This document shows positions 19,650 through 28,782 of a stretch of DNA of 64,000 nucleotides, in pieces (the first letter of the stretch is position 1; the number at the start of each line of letters is the position of its first letter). Both the position numbers and the translations under genes were made by a program. This DNA comes from Gemmatimonadota bacterium (GTDB taxonomy: Bacteria; Gemmatimonadota; Gemmatimonadetes; Gemmatimonadales; GWC2-71-9). The stretch spans positions 9,695 to 73,694 of the forward strand of contig JADFNB010000013.1 of the NCBI GenBank assembly GCA_022563595.1. Direction: 5' to 3'. Below the pieces are notes generated by a model, which did no database searches, was not told the DNA's origin, and saw only the letters and a list, made by a program, of their open reading frames with translations.

Positions 19650-22199
19650 TTATGGCGCGGCCAAGAGCAGGACCGCGTTGAACAGCAACTTGAACGTCCC
19701 ATGCGTCTGAGCCCGGTGCTGCGGCCGAAACCCAAACAGCACCACCCGCCCCTGCCCGACCGGGATCTCGACCAGCGCAGCAGTGCCGGCAATCCGGCCG
19801 GCGTTCATCACATACCCGGACCGCAGCAGGTCGTCCGCATATCGGGCTACCACGCGTGCCGGCGCCTCGACCTGAAAGGCGCGGCCGTTGGCGAAAAACG
19901 CGGCTACCGTGTCCGGCACTCCCGACGCGATCGGCGACCCCGGCTCAACCACCATCCCGAAAATAGAGCCTGGCGCCGAAAAACGCGAGCCCACAGCACC
20001 AGCCCCATCATCCCGTAGGATATTGGTAACAGGTAGGTTAAGGGCCGAGATCGCGAAATCACTTGAAGCGTCGAGTGCCACCAAGGTACCACCTGCTCGC
20101 ACGAATTCCGTGACATTTCGCACGCCAGCCTCACCGATCCCGCCCGCGTACGGGGCCGGAATCTGCCTTTGTGAGCGTCCGCTCACGATGGTCCTCTCGC
20201 TCAGATCGGGCAGTACGAGCACGTCGAGCTGCTGCCTGAGCCTGCCGACCCGGATCATCGAGTCGGTTATGGTAATGAACGGAATCCCGTGCTGCTCGAA
20301 GATCCAGCGGGTCCAGCCTTCGTCTATACTTGCCGTCCAGGGCTTGTAGAGACCGATCCGTGGCACCCGCTCGATCCGGCTTTCGGGGACCCGAAGATCG
20401 GATGTAGCCCATGCATCGAAGCCAGAGCGCTCTGCCAGCTGGCCGATGAGGTCGATTGTAGCCGGATCGTCGGGCTCGATCACCACGGCCCCGGCCGGTA
20501 TCAACCTGCCAGCGGCGCGTACCGCCTGGTTGGTGACCCAGACCCGTGCTCCTTCCCGAAGTGCCGCGGCTATCGCGCGGCTCTCCTGGTTGGACTGGTT
20601 GAGCAGGACAATCTGCCGGCCCTCTCCAAACACTCTCCCGGGAGGGACACTCACGCTGTCGACGCGGTCCGCCGTGTAATCGAAGCGGCGCCCGACTTCC
20701 ACGACGGTCACGCCCATCTGGTCTCCGAGCGTCCAGCCCGAGACATCGTAGGGTGCCGCCGGGCCTCCGGGGTATCGCTGTGTCTCGAGCAGATCCTTGG
20801 CGTGCGCCCGAAACGGCTGGGCCATCGGTATCACCAATGTTCCGGCGTCGTACCTGACACCGGCTGCGGAGAATGGGGCGGTGGTGCGAAGTATCTCGAC
20901 GCCGCCGGCGATCAAAATGTTGGCGAGGAGGGCCGCCGCGTGGCGATCCCGCTGGTGCGGGGGAACGAGGAAGGCGTACGGCTCCTCCTCCGTGCCGGCG
21001 GCCACGGCGCGCCTCCCGAGAGTGGCGAACCGGCGTACGAACGCGGTCCGCTGGCTGGAAACGAGCCGCAACAGGCCCTCGGCCGCCAGCAGCTCGTACT
21101 CCACGATATCTCCCATCCGCCACCAGCCGCCGGGCCATGGGGCGGGGTAGTTCACCCCGCGGGGAGGCACACGCAGGGAGCCGCTGTAGATGTAGATCGG
21201 CGATGCCAACCGGGCGCTAGCCGCTTCCGAGAGGATCCCGACCATGTTGTGCCGCGCCGGCACGGTGCGAAACCCACCGTGCCACCACAGGTCGTAGCGC
21301 TGCTGGTGCGACACGCCGGTCTTGCCAGCGTCCAGGACCGCCGTCGCCATGGCGGCGCCGACCAGATTGATCGCGCCCACGAGCATCGGGTCCAGGTTGG
21401 GATTGACGGGATCCGCGAACGGTGGGACGAAGAGGCGTGCCCCGCTGCTACCCATCTGATGGATGTCCCACACGACCTCGGGGAACCACTGGTGGTAGAG
21501 GATTCGGGTGATCGCCCGGGTCTCTACCTGCGTCAGCATGAACCAGTCACGGTTGTTGTCGTGTCCGACATACGGGTGGTACAGCCATGGGAGCGGCCCA
21601 CCCTCGTACCGCGTGCCGCGGTACTGCCGGTACCAGCTCACTACGGTATCGAGGCCGTCCGGGTTGGTGGACGGAATAATCAGGACGATCGTGCTGTCGA
21701 GGTAGGTCCGGTATCGAGGGTCGGCTGCGAGCCGATAAGCGAGCGTGAGCTGCATCTGGCTCGACGCGATCTCCGTCGAGTGGATGTTGTTGCCGATCAA
21801 TACGACGGCGGGCTGCGCGCCGACGAGCGAATCCTCCACTCGCCGTGTCATCCGTCGCGGATCGGCGAGTAGCGCCTGGCCGTGGCGCACCCGATCCAGC
21901 CGACCCTGCCGCTCCGGCGTGGCGAGCGTGACCATCAGCAACGGTCTCCCCAGCGTGGTGCGGCCTATCGTGTCCAAGCGGACACGCGGGGACGCCTCGG
22001 CCAGGAGTGACAGGTAGGAGCCGATCTGACTCCAGTCAGCCAACAGCGAATCGGTGCCGGGCTCGAAACCGAGCACGTCCGCGGGGGAGGGGATCGGGTC
22101 TTGGCTATGCTGAAGTAAGAACGGTAGCAGAAAGAGAAACGGCAGGTGCCGGAGCCTGATCGCGGCCGCCCTCTTCCGCCTCGTCACAACCACCTCCAT
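19650..22199 (-). CDS. M14 family zinc carboxypeptidase-like metallopeptidase with a large C-terminal extension
   Basis: The signal-like N-terminus is MEVVVTRRKRAAAIRLRHLPFLFLLPFLL. The zinc motif is NNIHSTE (HxxE), and PSTNPDG and GHDNNRDW are present. AGGAGG lies 5 nt upstream of the ATG at 22199. Confidence 0.8.
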   Translation of the reverse strand: MEVVVTRRKRAAAIRLRHLPFLFLLPFLLQHSQDPIPSPADVLGFEPGTDSLLADWSQIGSYLSLLAEASPRVRLDTIGRTTLGRPLLMVTLATPERQGRLDRVRHGQALLADPRRMTRRVEDSLVGAQPAVVLIGNNIHSTEIASSQMQLTLAYRLAADPRYRTYLDSTIVLIIPSTNPDGLDTVVSWYRQYRGTRYEGGPLPWLYHPYVGHDNNRDWFMLTQVETRAITRILYHQWFPEVVWDIHQMGSSGARLFVPPFADPVNPNLDPMLVGAINLVGAAMATAVLDAGKTGVSHQQRYDLWWHGGFRTVPARHNMVGILSEAASARLASPIYIYSGSLRVPPRGVNYPAPWPGGWWRMGDIVEYELLAAEGLLRLVSSQRTAFVRRFATLGRRAVAAGTEEEPYAFLVPPHQRDRHAAALLANILIAGGVEILRTTAPFSAAGVRYDAGTLVIPMAQPFRAHAKDLLETQRYPGGPAAPYDVSGWTLGDQMGVTVVEVGRRFDYTADRVDSVSVPPGRVFGEGRQIVLLNQSNQESRAIAAALREGARVWVTNQAVRAAGRLIPAGAVVIEPDDPATIDLIGQLAERSGFDAWATSDLRVPESRIERVPRIGLYKPWTASIDEGWTRWIFEQHGIPFITITDSMIRVGRLRQQLDVLVLPDLSERTIVSGRSQRQIPAPYAGGIGEAGVRNVTEFVRAGGTLVALDASSDFAISALNLPVTNILRDDGAGAVGSRFSAPGSIFGMVVEPGSPIASGVPDTVAAFFANGRAFQVEAPARVVARYADDLLRSGYVMNAGRIAGTAALVEIPVGQGRVVLFGFRPQHRAQTHGTFKLLFNAVLLLAAP

Positions 22200-22207
22200 C
22201 TCGCCTC

Positions 22208-23407
22208 CTATGTCAGGTTGAGCTTCCTGCCGACCTTCTCGAAGGCCGCGAGCGCCATGTCGAGATCTTCCCGCGTATGTGCAGCCGAGATCTGACAGCG
22301 TACGCGTGCCTCTCCTTGGGGAACGACCGGGTATCCGAAGCCGGTCACGAAGACGCCTTCGTCGAGCAGCATTTGGCTCATGCGGATGGCCTTTGCGGTC
22401 TCGCCGAGGATGACCGGAATGATCGGCGTCTCCCCGGGTAAGGGCTTGAACCCGCGGGAGATCAGTTGCTCGCGGAAGTAGTTCGCGCTCGCGTGCAGGC
22501 GCGCAACCATTGATGGGTCCGAGCGCAGCCGCCGCACGGCTGCACGGGCGCTCGAGGCAACGGTGCAGGGGAGCGCGTTGGAAAACAACTGCGGGCGGGA
22601 CTGCTGTGTCAGGTAGTCGCATAGCGCCGTCGATGCCGCGGTGAACCCACCCGCCGCGCCACCCAACGCCTTCCCGAGCGTGGAGGTGATGACGTCCACT
22701 TCGCCGAGCACGCCGGCGAACTCGGCGGTGCCGCGGCCCGTCGCCCCCAGCACCCCGGTGGCGTGTGAGTCGTCCACTACGACGAGTGCGTCATGTTTCC
22801 TGACCAGTTCCACGATGTCGGCGAGTCTGGCCACGTCGCCTTCCATCGAGAAGATGCCGTCGGTGACTACCAGGCGTGTGCGGGCGCTCTTTGCCGCGAC
22901 GAGCTTTGTCTCCAGGTCGGCCATGTCCGAGTGCTTGTAGACCGCCGATCCGCACTTCGTGATGCCCCGCGCGAGCCGTACGCCATCGATGATCGAGGCG
23001 TGATTGAGCTGATCCGAGATGACCACGTCGTCTGCGCCGAGCAGAGTCGCGAAGAGGCCCTCGTTGGCATTCCAGCAGGAGGCGTACGTGAGCGACGCCT
23101 CGGCGCCGACCAGTTCCGCGAGGTCTTGCTCGAGTTCGCGGTGGACGGTGAACGTGCCGCAAATGAAGCGCACGCTGCTTGTGCCTGCGCCATAGCGGTC
23201 CAGTCCCTCCTTGCCCGCCCGCACGACGTCCGGATCGTTGGCCAGCCCCAGGTAGTTGTTGCTCGAGAGCACGACGATCTCACCGCGTCCTTCCATCCGC
23301 ACCCGCGGCCCCTGCGCCGATTCGATGTAGAGCAGGTTCTTGTAGACACCCTTGGCCTCGAACTCCTCCAGCGCCGCGCGGAGCCGCTGCTCGACAGCCG
23401 CGTTCAT
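22208..23407 (-). CDS. kbl: glycine C-acetyltransferase (2-amino-3-ketobutyrate CoA ligase)
   Basis: The sequence has the full-length alpha-oxoamine synthase pattern. The PLP-lysine region is STLGKALGG and DDSHATG is present. The gene is adjacent to tdh. Confidence 0.95.
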   Translation of the reverse strand: MNAAVEQRLRAALEEFEAKGVYKNLLYIESAQGPRVRMEGRGEIVVLSSNNYLGLANDPDVVRAGKEGLDRYGAGTSSVRFICGTFTVHRELEQDLAELVGAEASLTYASCWNANEGLFATLLGADDVVISDQLNHASIIDGVRLARGITKCGSAVYKHSDMADLETKLVAAKSARTRLVVTDGIFSMEGDVARLADIVELVRKHDALVVVDDSHATGVLGATGRGTAEFAGVLGEVDVITSTLGKALGGAAGGFTAASTALCDYLTQQSRPQLFSNALPCTVASSARAAVRRLRSDPSMVARLHASANYFREQLISRGFKPLPGETPIIPVILGETAKAIRMSQMLLDEGVFVTGFGYPVVPQGEARVRCQISAAHTREDLDMALAAFEKVGRKLNLT

Positions 23408-23410
23408 CGG

Positions 23411-24445
23411 CTAGCCTCCAATTTCGAGAATGACTTTGCCAGCTTGCCCCGATGTTATGGCTCGGAGCGCATCATCGATGCCCTCGAGGGGGAAGCGATG
23501 GGTGATGACGGGCGACGGATCCAGCCGGCCGGACGAGAGAAACCTACGCATGTGGTGCCACGTCTCATACATCCGTCGCCCGATAACGCCGTAGATCGTG
23601 ATGCCCTTGAAGATGACTTCCTCCCGCAGGTTCAGCGATATGTCGCCGGGGGGCAGTCCCAATAGGTTGACTCTCCCACCCGGTCGAACGCTCCGAAGCG
23701 CCTGCGCGACAGCAGCTGGATTCCCCGACATCTCGCAGACCAGGTCGACTCCTTCACCGCCGGTGGCCTGCACGACGAGAGCGTGTAGGTCGTCGTGGTC
23801 AGGATCGATGACCAGATGCGCGCCCATCTTCCGTGCCAGCTCACGTCGTTGCGACCGGGGATCGGACGCGATGACCTGTAGCGCGCCCGCTGCCCGGGCG
23901 ATAGCGACGGCGAAACAACCGATCGGACCGCAGCCGAGAATCAACAGCCGGCTTCCCGGGACGTCGCCCGCGAGGACGGCGTGAAACGCGTTGCCGAGTG
24001 GATCCATGATGGCGCCGATCGACGTGGGAATCCCGTCGAGCGGTATCACGTTCGATGCCGGCATGGCCACGTACTCGGCGAAGGCGCCGTCTCGGTCCAC
24101 TCCGATGATCGATGTGTTGCGACAGATGTGTCCGTGTCCCATGCGGCACTGCATGCAGTGGCCGCAGACGATGTGTCCCTCCGCGGTGACTAACCGACCC
24201 ACTGCGAACTCGTCGCCGGCATCGCCGCCGACCTCGACGATCTCGCCCGCAAACTCGTGACCCACCACCACGGGCGGACGGACGCGGCCTCGCGCCCAGT
24301 CGTCCCACTCGGCTATGTGGACGTCCGAGCCGCAGACCCCGGCATGACGGACGCGGATCAGGACGTCGGTTGCCCCGCAGGTGGGCGTGGGAACCTCGCA
24401 CACCTCGAGGCCGGGACCGGGTTTCGTCTTGCGGATGGCGCGCAT
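23411..24445 (-). CDS. tdh: L-threonine 3-dehydrogenase
   Basis: The zinc-ADH motifs are GHEFAGEIVEVG and CGHCMQCRMG, and the Rossmann motif is ILGCGPIG. The stop codon lies 3 nt before the kbl start. Confidence 0.95.
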   Translation of the reverse strand: MRAIRKTKPGPGLEVCEVPTPTCGATDVLIRVRHAGVCGSDVHIAEWDDWARGRVRPPVVVGHEFAGEIVEVGGDAGDEFAVGRLVTAEGHIVCGHCMQCRMGHGHICRNTSIIGVDRDGAFAEYVAMPASNVIPLDGIPTSIGAIMDPLGNAFHAVLAGDVPGSRLLILGCGPIGCFAVAIARAAGALQVIASDPRSQRRELARKMGAHLVIDPDHDDLHALVVQATGGEGVDLVCEMSGNPAAVAQALRSVRPGGRVNLLGLPPGDISLNLREEVIFKGITIYGVIGRRMYETWHHMRRFLSSGRLDPSPVITHRFPLEGIDDALRAITSGQAGKVILEIGG

Positions 24446-24455
24446 GGTTGATAGG

Positions 24456-24514
24456 GTGGAAGGATGGAAGGATGGGAAGGTTAGATGATGCGACCATCCT
24501 TCGATCCCGCCATC
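24456..24514. repeat. copy of a dispersed GGAAGGATGG / CCATCCTTCG palindromic element
   Basis: The sequence is gtggaaggatggaaggatgggaagg ... gaccatccttcgatcccgccatcc. The arms are complementary, and related copies lie at 51454-51510, 58994-59040 and inside atpG. Confidence 0.6.
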
Positions 24515-25306
24515 CTACACGATACTCCGTATGAATCCGCCGTCCACCTGGACCACTGCGCCCGTGATGTACCGAGCGGGCTCCGATGCGAGGAACGCGA
24601 TGGCGGCGGCCAGCTCTTCTGGTTCGCCCATGCGACCTATGGGGATGTCGCCGATCATCGAAACGAGCACGTCCCGTGGGGAACGGCCGGTGTCGGCCGC
24701 GCGCTGCTCCACCAGCTCGTCGATCCGTTCCGTGTGCATGTAGCCGGGGCACACCACGTTCACGGTGATGCCATCCACCGCCACCTCGTCCGCGAGCGAC
24801 TTGGCGAACCCCAGCACCCCTGCCCGTGCCGTAGACGAGAGAATCAGTCCGGGGAGCGGCTGCTTAGCGGCGACGGAGGTGAGGCAGACTATCCGTCCCC
24901 AGGCTTGCCGCTGCATGACGGGAACGGCGGCACGGCAGAGATGGACCGTTGAGAGAAGGTTCAGCTGGAGCGCCGCCTGCCAGTCTTCGGCAGGCGTATC
25001 GCGAAACGCCGCCGCTGCCGGTCCGCCGGCGTTGCACACCAGGATATCGACCGATCCCAGCTCGTGCTGCACTCGCTCGACCAAGTGCGTAGCCTGCTCG
25101 GCGGCTGAGACGTCGGCGGCGAACCCCCGTACGTCACCGCTCGCGTGCCGTCCAACCAGCTCCACCGCGGCGTCGAGCCGTTCCTGATCGCGCCCGTTGA
25201 GCGCGATCCGGCAACCCTCTTCGGCGAACGCCACCGCTATCGCCCGGCCGAGGCCTAGGGACGAGCCGCAAACCAATGCCACCTTCCCGTCGATCTTCAG
25301 ATCCAT
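24515..25306 (-). CDS. SDR family NAD(P)-dependent oxidoreductase
   Basis: The cofactor motif is ALVCGSSLGLGRAIA, NAGG is present, and the 263 aa length is typical of SDRs. The start lies 2 nt after the formate dehydrogenase stop codon. Confidence 0.9.
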   Translation of the reverse strand: MDLKIDGKVALVCGSSLGLGRAIAVAFAEEGCRIALNGRDQERLDAAVELVGRHASGDVRGFAADVSAAEQATHLVERVQHELGSVDILVCNAGGPAAAAFRDTPAEDWQAALQLNLLSTVHLCRAAVPVMQRQAWGRIVCLTSVAAKQPLPGLILSSTARAGVLGFAKSLADEVAVDGITVNVVCPGYMHTERIDELVEQRAADTGRSPRDVLVSMIGDIPIGRMGEPEELAAAIAFLASEPARYITGAVVQVDGGFIRSIV

Positions 25307-25308
25307 GA

Positions 25309-28257
25309 CTAGGCGGTGGCGGGCACCGTCGCCGGTTCGAGGCGCACCGCTGTCACCTTCAGCGCCGCCATCTTGGCGTGCGGCTCGAGTACCGGGTTGG
25401 TCAGCAGATTCGCCGCGGCCTCACGGAAGTGGAACGGCACGAAAATCTGCCTGCGCGCCACCCGGTCCGACATCCGGACCGAGATGACAATCGAGTTGCG
25501 GCGGCTTGTGATCTTCGCCATGTCCCCGTCCGCGAGCCCCAGCTCGGCCGCATCGTCCGGGTGTACTTCCACCGTCGCCACCGGCTCACGGGCGTCGAGC
25601 CCGCGGGATCGACGCGTCATCGTGCCCGTGTGCCAATGGTAGAGCATCCGGCCGGTATTCATAACGAACGGATACTCGTCATCGGGTAGCTCTCCCGGGT
25701 CCGCATACTCCACGGCGTGAAACAGCGCTCTTCCGTCCGCCGTCGGGAACCTGTCCGCAAAGAGGAACGCTGTTCCGGGGTGATCGTCATGCGGGACCGG
25801 ATACTGCAGTCCTCCACCGCGGAGGCGCGCGTAGGTTACACCGGCCCACGCCGGGGCCACCTCTCGGATCTCCTCCATCACGTCGGCCGGTGAGGAGAAC
25901 GGACTCTTGATGCCAATCCGGTTCGACAGGTCGACGAGGATCTCCCAGTCCGCCCTGGCCTGCCCCGGCGGATCGATCGCCTGCTCGGATAGCTGGATCC
26001 GCCGCTCTGTGTTCACGAACGTGCCCGTCTTCTCCGCAAACGAAGCGGCCGGGAGGATCACGTCACCGTATCGCGCCGTCTCGGTGAGGAACATGTCCTG
26101 TACCACCAAGAACTCGATCGTGCGGAACCAGGCCTCCGCGTGTGCAATGTCGGGGTCGGAGATGATCGGGTTCTCGCCCATGATGTACAGCGCCTTCACA
26201 GGTGAGCCTTCCCGAGCCATTTCCGTGACCGTCAGACCCGGCACGAGCGACATCGTCTTCGGGTCGACGCCCCAGACGCGGGCGAACTTGTCCCGGTTCG
26301 CGGGATCCGCCACCGCCTGATAATCCGGGAAAGCGAACGGAATCGCCCCCATGTCGGAGGAGCCCTGCACGTTGTTCTGTCCGCGCACCGGCATCATTGC
26401 GGCGCCCCACCGGCCGATCATCCCCGTGGCGAGGATGAGATTGAGCAACGACGTGACCATATCATGTCCGGTCAGGTGCTGCGTCAATCCCATGGCCCAT
26501 ATCGTCGTCGTGTTGGGCCCACGGGCGTACCGCTCGGCGGCGGCGCGGATTAGCTCAGCAGGAATACCGGTGATCGCGGCGGCCCGCTCGGGTGTGTACG
26601 GCTGCACGGCCTTGCGCACCGTATCGAAATCGTGGGTACGCGTTTCGATGAATGACCAGTTCTCCAGACCTTCGGCCAGTATGTGCTGGAGCATCGCGTT
26701 CAACAGCGCGACGTCGGTTCCGGGTTGCATCTGAAGATGCACGTCGGCGCGGGCGGCCAGCTCCGTACGGCGCGGGTCGGCGACGATCAGGAACGCTCCA
26801 CGTTCGTGTGCCCGCTTCAGGGACACCCCGAACACCGGATGGGTCTCGGTAGTGTTGGCGCCCGCGATGAAGATCACGTCACACGCTTCCTCGACCTCGC
26901 GCATCGAGCCGGAAGCCGCCGCGGTATTGAGCGCGTCCTGCATTGCCGAGACGCTGGTGGAATGACACAAGCGGGTGCAGTGGTCCACGTTGTTGGTGCC
27001 GAAAGCCCCGCGGAACAGTCGCTGTAGCAGATAGTTCTCTTCGTTCGAGCATTTCGCGCTCTGGAACACGGCCATGGCGTCGGGGCCGTGGTCCGCATGA
27101 ATCCGCGTCAGCTCCTGTGTGACGAGTTCCAACGCCTCATCCCAGGTAGCTTCCCGGAACGGTTGGTACCACGTCTCTGGCGTGGTGGCCCGGTCGCGCA
27201 CGTCCGCGGTGATGCGCTCGAGCAGCGAGAGATCGCGGATACGCTTGCCGATGGCGCGCGGAGGGGCCGCCGGCTTGTCCCCACGTCCTTCTTCTGTCAT
27301 GCTTTGCCACGGACCACCGCGCCGAGCTGCGCCTGTCGCCCCTTCCCATATCCAGCGGCCGCCGCGGCGGACCCAGCCTTTGCGGATCAGCGGCTTGGTC
27401 AGCCGGTCGCGGTGCTGCGTGAAGTCGTAGCCGAACCGTCCTTTCACGCACGTCGACCCATCGTTCGGTGTCGTCTCCTCGAACGTAGGCGATGTCACGC
27501 GGGCGATTTCATTGTCCTTCACGTGGAGGTCGATCTGACATCCCACTCCGCAGTAGGGGCAGATCGATCGCACCACGCGGTCGGCGGCCACGCGCGACTC
27601 CCCGAACCGCTCACGCGGCATGACCTCGAAGATGGCGCCGGTCGGGCAGACCCGAACGCACTCGCCGCACCAGGTGCAGGCGGCCTTGTCCGGATCGCCG
27701 TCGGCTCCCACCACGATCTGGGCGCCCTCGCCCCGGTAGGCCACGTCGAGCACCCCGACCACCTGAATGTCCTCGCATGCCCGCACGCAGCGCGTGCAGA
27801 GGATGCAGAGACTCATGTCGTGTGAAATCATCGGGTCGCCCGGGCGCTCGTCACCTTGCCGCAGCGACAGCTCGTGCGCGGCGACGGCGCGGGGTGTGAC
27901 GCCATAGCGGACCACGTATTCCTCGAACTCGTTGCGCGGTTCCGCGCGACCACCGTTGATCAGGTGGTCGGCCGGATACCGTTCGAGGAGCATCTGGAGC
28001 ACCCCACGCCGCGCGTCTAGCGCCGCCGCAGACTCCGTCTCCACGCGCATGCCTTCGGCCACCGTCGCTGCGCATGCCGGCAGGAGCTTGTCCTCCCCCT
28101 CTACGGAGACGACGCAGATGCGGCAGTTGCCTACGGTCGGAAGCTTGGGATACCAGCAGAGTGTTGGCAGGTCGATCTCCGCAGCCCGAGCGGCGTCGAG
28201 AATGGTCGCGCCGTCGGCTGCGTCAACTCGCTGTCCGTTGATCAACAATGCGGGCAT
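25309..28257 (-). CDS. fdhF: formate dehydrogenase alpha subunit (NuoG-like 2Fe-2S/4Fe-4S N-terminus plus molybdopterin domain), cysteine type
   Basis: The sequence begins MPALLINGQRV and carries CRIC (2Fe-2S), CILCTRCVRAC, CTWCGECVRVCPTGAI and CPYCGVGCQ. The active-site region is HCTRLCHSTS, with Cys where E. coli FdhF has Sec. Confidence 0.9.
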   Translation of the reverse strand: MPALLINGQRVDAADGATILDAARAAEIDLPTLCWYPKLPTVGNCRICVVSVEGEDKLLPACAATVAEGMRVETESAAALDARRGVLQMLLERYPADHLINGGRAEPRNEFEEYVVRYGVTPRAVAAHELSLRQGDERPGDPMISHDMSLCILCTRCVRACEDIQVVGVLDVAYRGEGAQIVVGADGDPDKAACTWCGECVRVCPTGAIFEVMPRERFGESRVAADRVVRSICPYCGVGCQIDLHVKDNEIARVTSPTFEETTPNDGSTCVKGRFGYDFTQHRDRLTKPLIRKGWVRRGGRWIWEGATGAARRGGPWQSMTEEGRGDKPAAPPRAIGKRIRDLSLLERITADVRDRATTPETWYQPFREATWDEALELVTQELTRIHADHGPDAMAVFQSAKCSNEENYLLQRLFRGAFGTNNVDHCTRLCHSTSVSAMQDALNTAAASGSMREVEEACDVIFIAGANTTETHPVFGVSLKRAHERGAFLIVADPRRTELAARADVHLQMQPGTDVALLNAMLQHILAEGLENWSFIETRTHDFDTVRKAVQPYTPERAAAITGIPAELIRAAAERYARGPNTTTIWAMGLTQHLTGHDMVTSLLNLILATGMIGRWGAAMMPVRGQNNVQGSSDMGAIPFAFPDYQAVADPANRDKFARVWGVDPKTMSLVPGLTVTEMAREGSPVKALYIMGENPIISDPDIAHAEAWFRTIEFLVVQDMFLTETARYGDVILPAASFAEKTGTFVNTERRIQLSEQAIDPPGQARADWEILVDLSNRIGIKSPFSSPADVMEEIREVAPAWAGVTYARLRGGGLQYPVPHDDHPGTAFLFADRFPTADGRALFHAVEYADPGELPDDEYPFVMNTGRMLYHWHTGTMTRRSRGLDAREPVATVEVHPDDAAELGLADGDMAKITSRRNSIVISVRMSDRVARRQIFVPFHFREAAANLLTNPVLEPHAKMAALKVTAVRLEPATVPATA

Positions 28258-28348
28258 AGGACGGAATATTGGCGGGGGGCACCGTGGCGGCAAGCACCTT
28301 CGGGCCGGACAAGCTGTTGTTGCGTGCACGGTTACCAAGGAAAAACTA

Positions 28349-28377
28349 TTGCGCGTTTTCCCTTCATCTACAATATT
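28349..28377 (+). promoter_or_regulatory. possible promoter in an AT-rich tract upstream of the histone-like gene
   Basis: TTGCGC lies at 28349-28354, followed by TACAATATT at 28369-28377 (14-17 nt spacing depending on which hexamer is used). This is the only AT-rich patch in the region. Confidence 0.3.
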
Positions 28378-28442
28378 GTGCCCAGTCTCGTGATCGACAT
28401 GTCGTCGGTCGCGCGGTCTTCTCTCTCAAGGAGGCGTCACAA

Positions 28443-28634
28443 ATGGCGGTGAAGAAGAGAGCACGGAAGAAAGTGGTGAAGCGGAGAACCACGAAACGGA
28501 AAGTCGCAAAGAAGAGAACCACCAAGAGGAAAGCGCCAAAGCGGAAAACCGCCAAGCGCAAAACGGCGAAGCGGAAAACCGCCAAGCGCAAGACGGCGAA
28601 GCGCAAAACCGCCAAGCGGGCGAAGCGGCGCTAA
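28443..28634 (+). CDS. histone H1-like lysine/arginine-rich small basic protein (63 aa)
   Basis: AAGGAGG lies 8 nt upstream of the ATG. The protein reads MAVKKRARKKVVKRRTTKRKVAKKRTTKRKAPKRKTAKRKTAKRKTAKRKTAKRKTAKRAKRR, with KRKTA five times in a row. The underlying DNA unit is 30 bp. A terminator follows. Confidence 0.7.
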   Translation: MAVKKRARKKVVKRRTTKRKVAKKRTTKRKAPKRKTAKRKTAKRKTAKRKTAKRKTAKRAKRR

Positions 28635-28666
28635 GCCATCGGTCGTTACAACGCAGTACGTTGCAC

Positions 28667-28690
28667 TGGGGCCGGCCTGCTGCCGGCCCC
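28667..28690. terminator. GC-rich hairpin between convergent genes (bidirectional terminator candidate)
   Basis: The arms are GGGGCCGGC (28667-28675) and GCCGGCCCC (28682-28690). Confidence 0.6.
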
Positions 28691-28782
28691 GCGACGTTTC
28701 CCCCTAGCGGGATGCTGAAGCAAGGCGATTGAGTCCGCGCCCCTGGGCCACGCCCGGTCCCTTTTCAGCACCCTGTATGCCG

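Noticed and set aside
25309-28257. I checked for selenocysteine recoding in the formate dehydrogenase.
   Set aside because: The reading frame is uninterrupted and the active-site position is a Cys codon (RLCH), so no in-frame TGA or SECIS element is needed.
28539-28620. The 15/30-bp tandem DNA repeats could be a non-coding satellite.
   Set aside because: They lie in frame within an ORF that has a strong ribosome-binding site and terminator. The synonymous variation between copies (aagcgg/aagcgc, aaaacc/aagacg) preserves the KRKTA peptide, which argues for coding selection.
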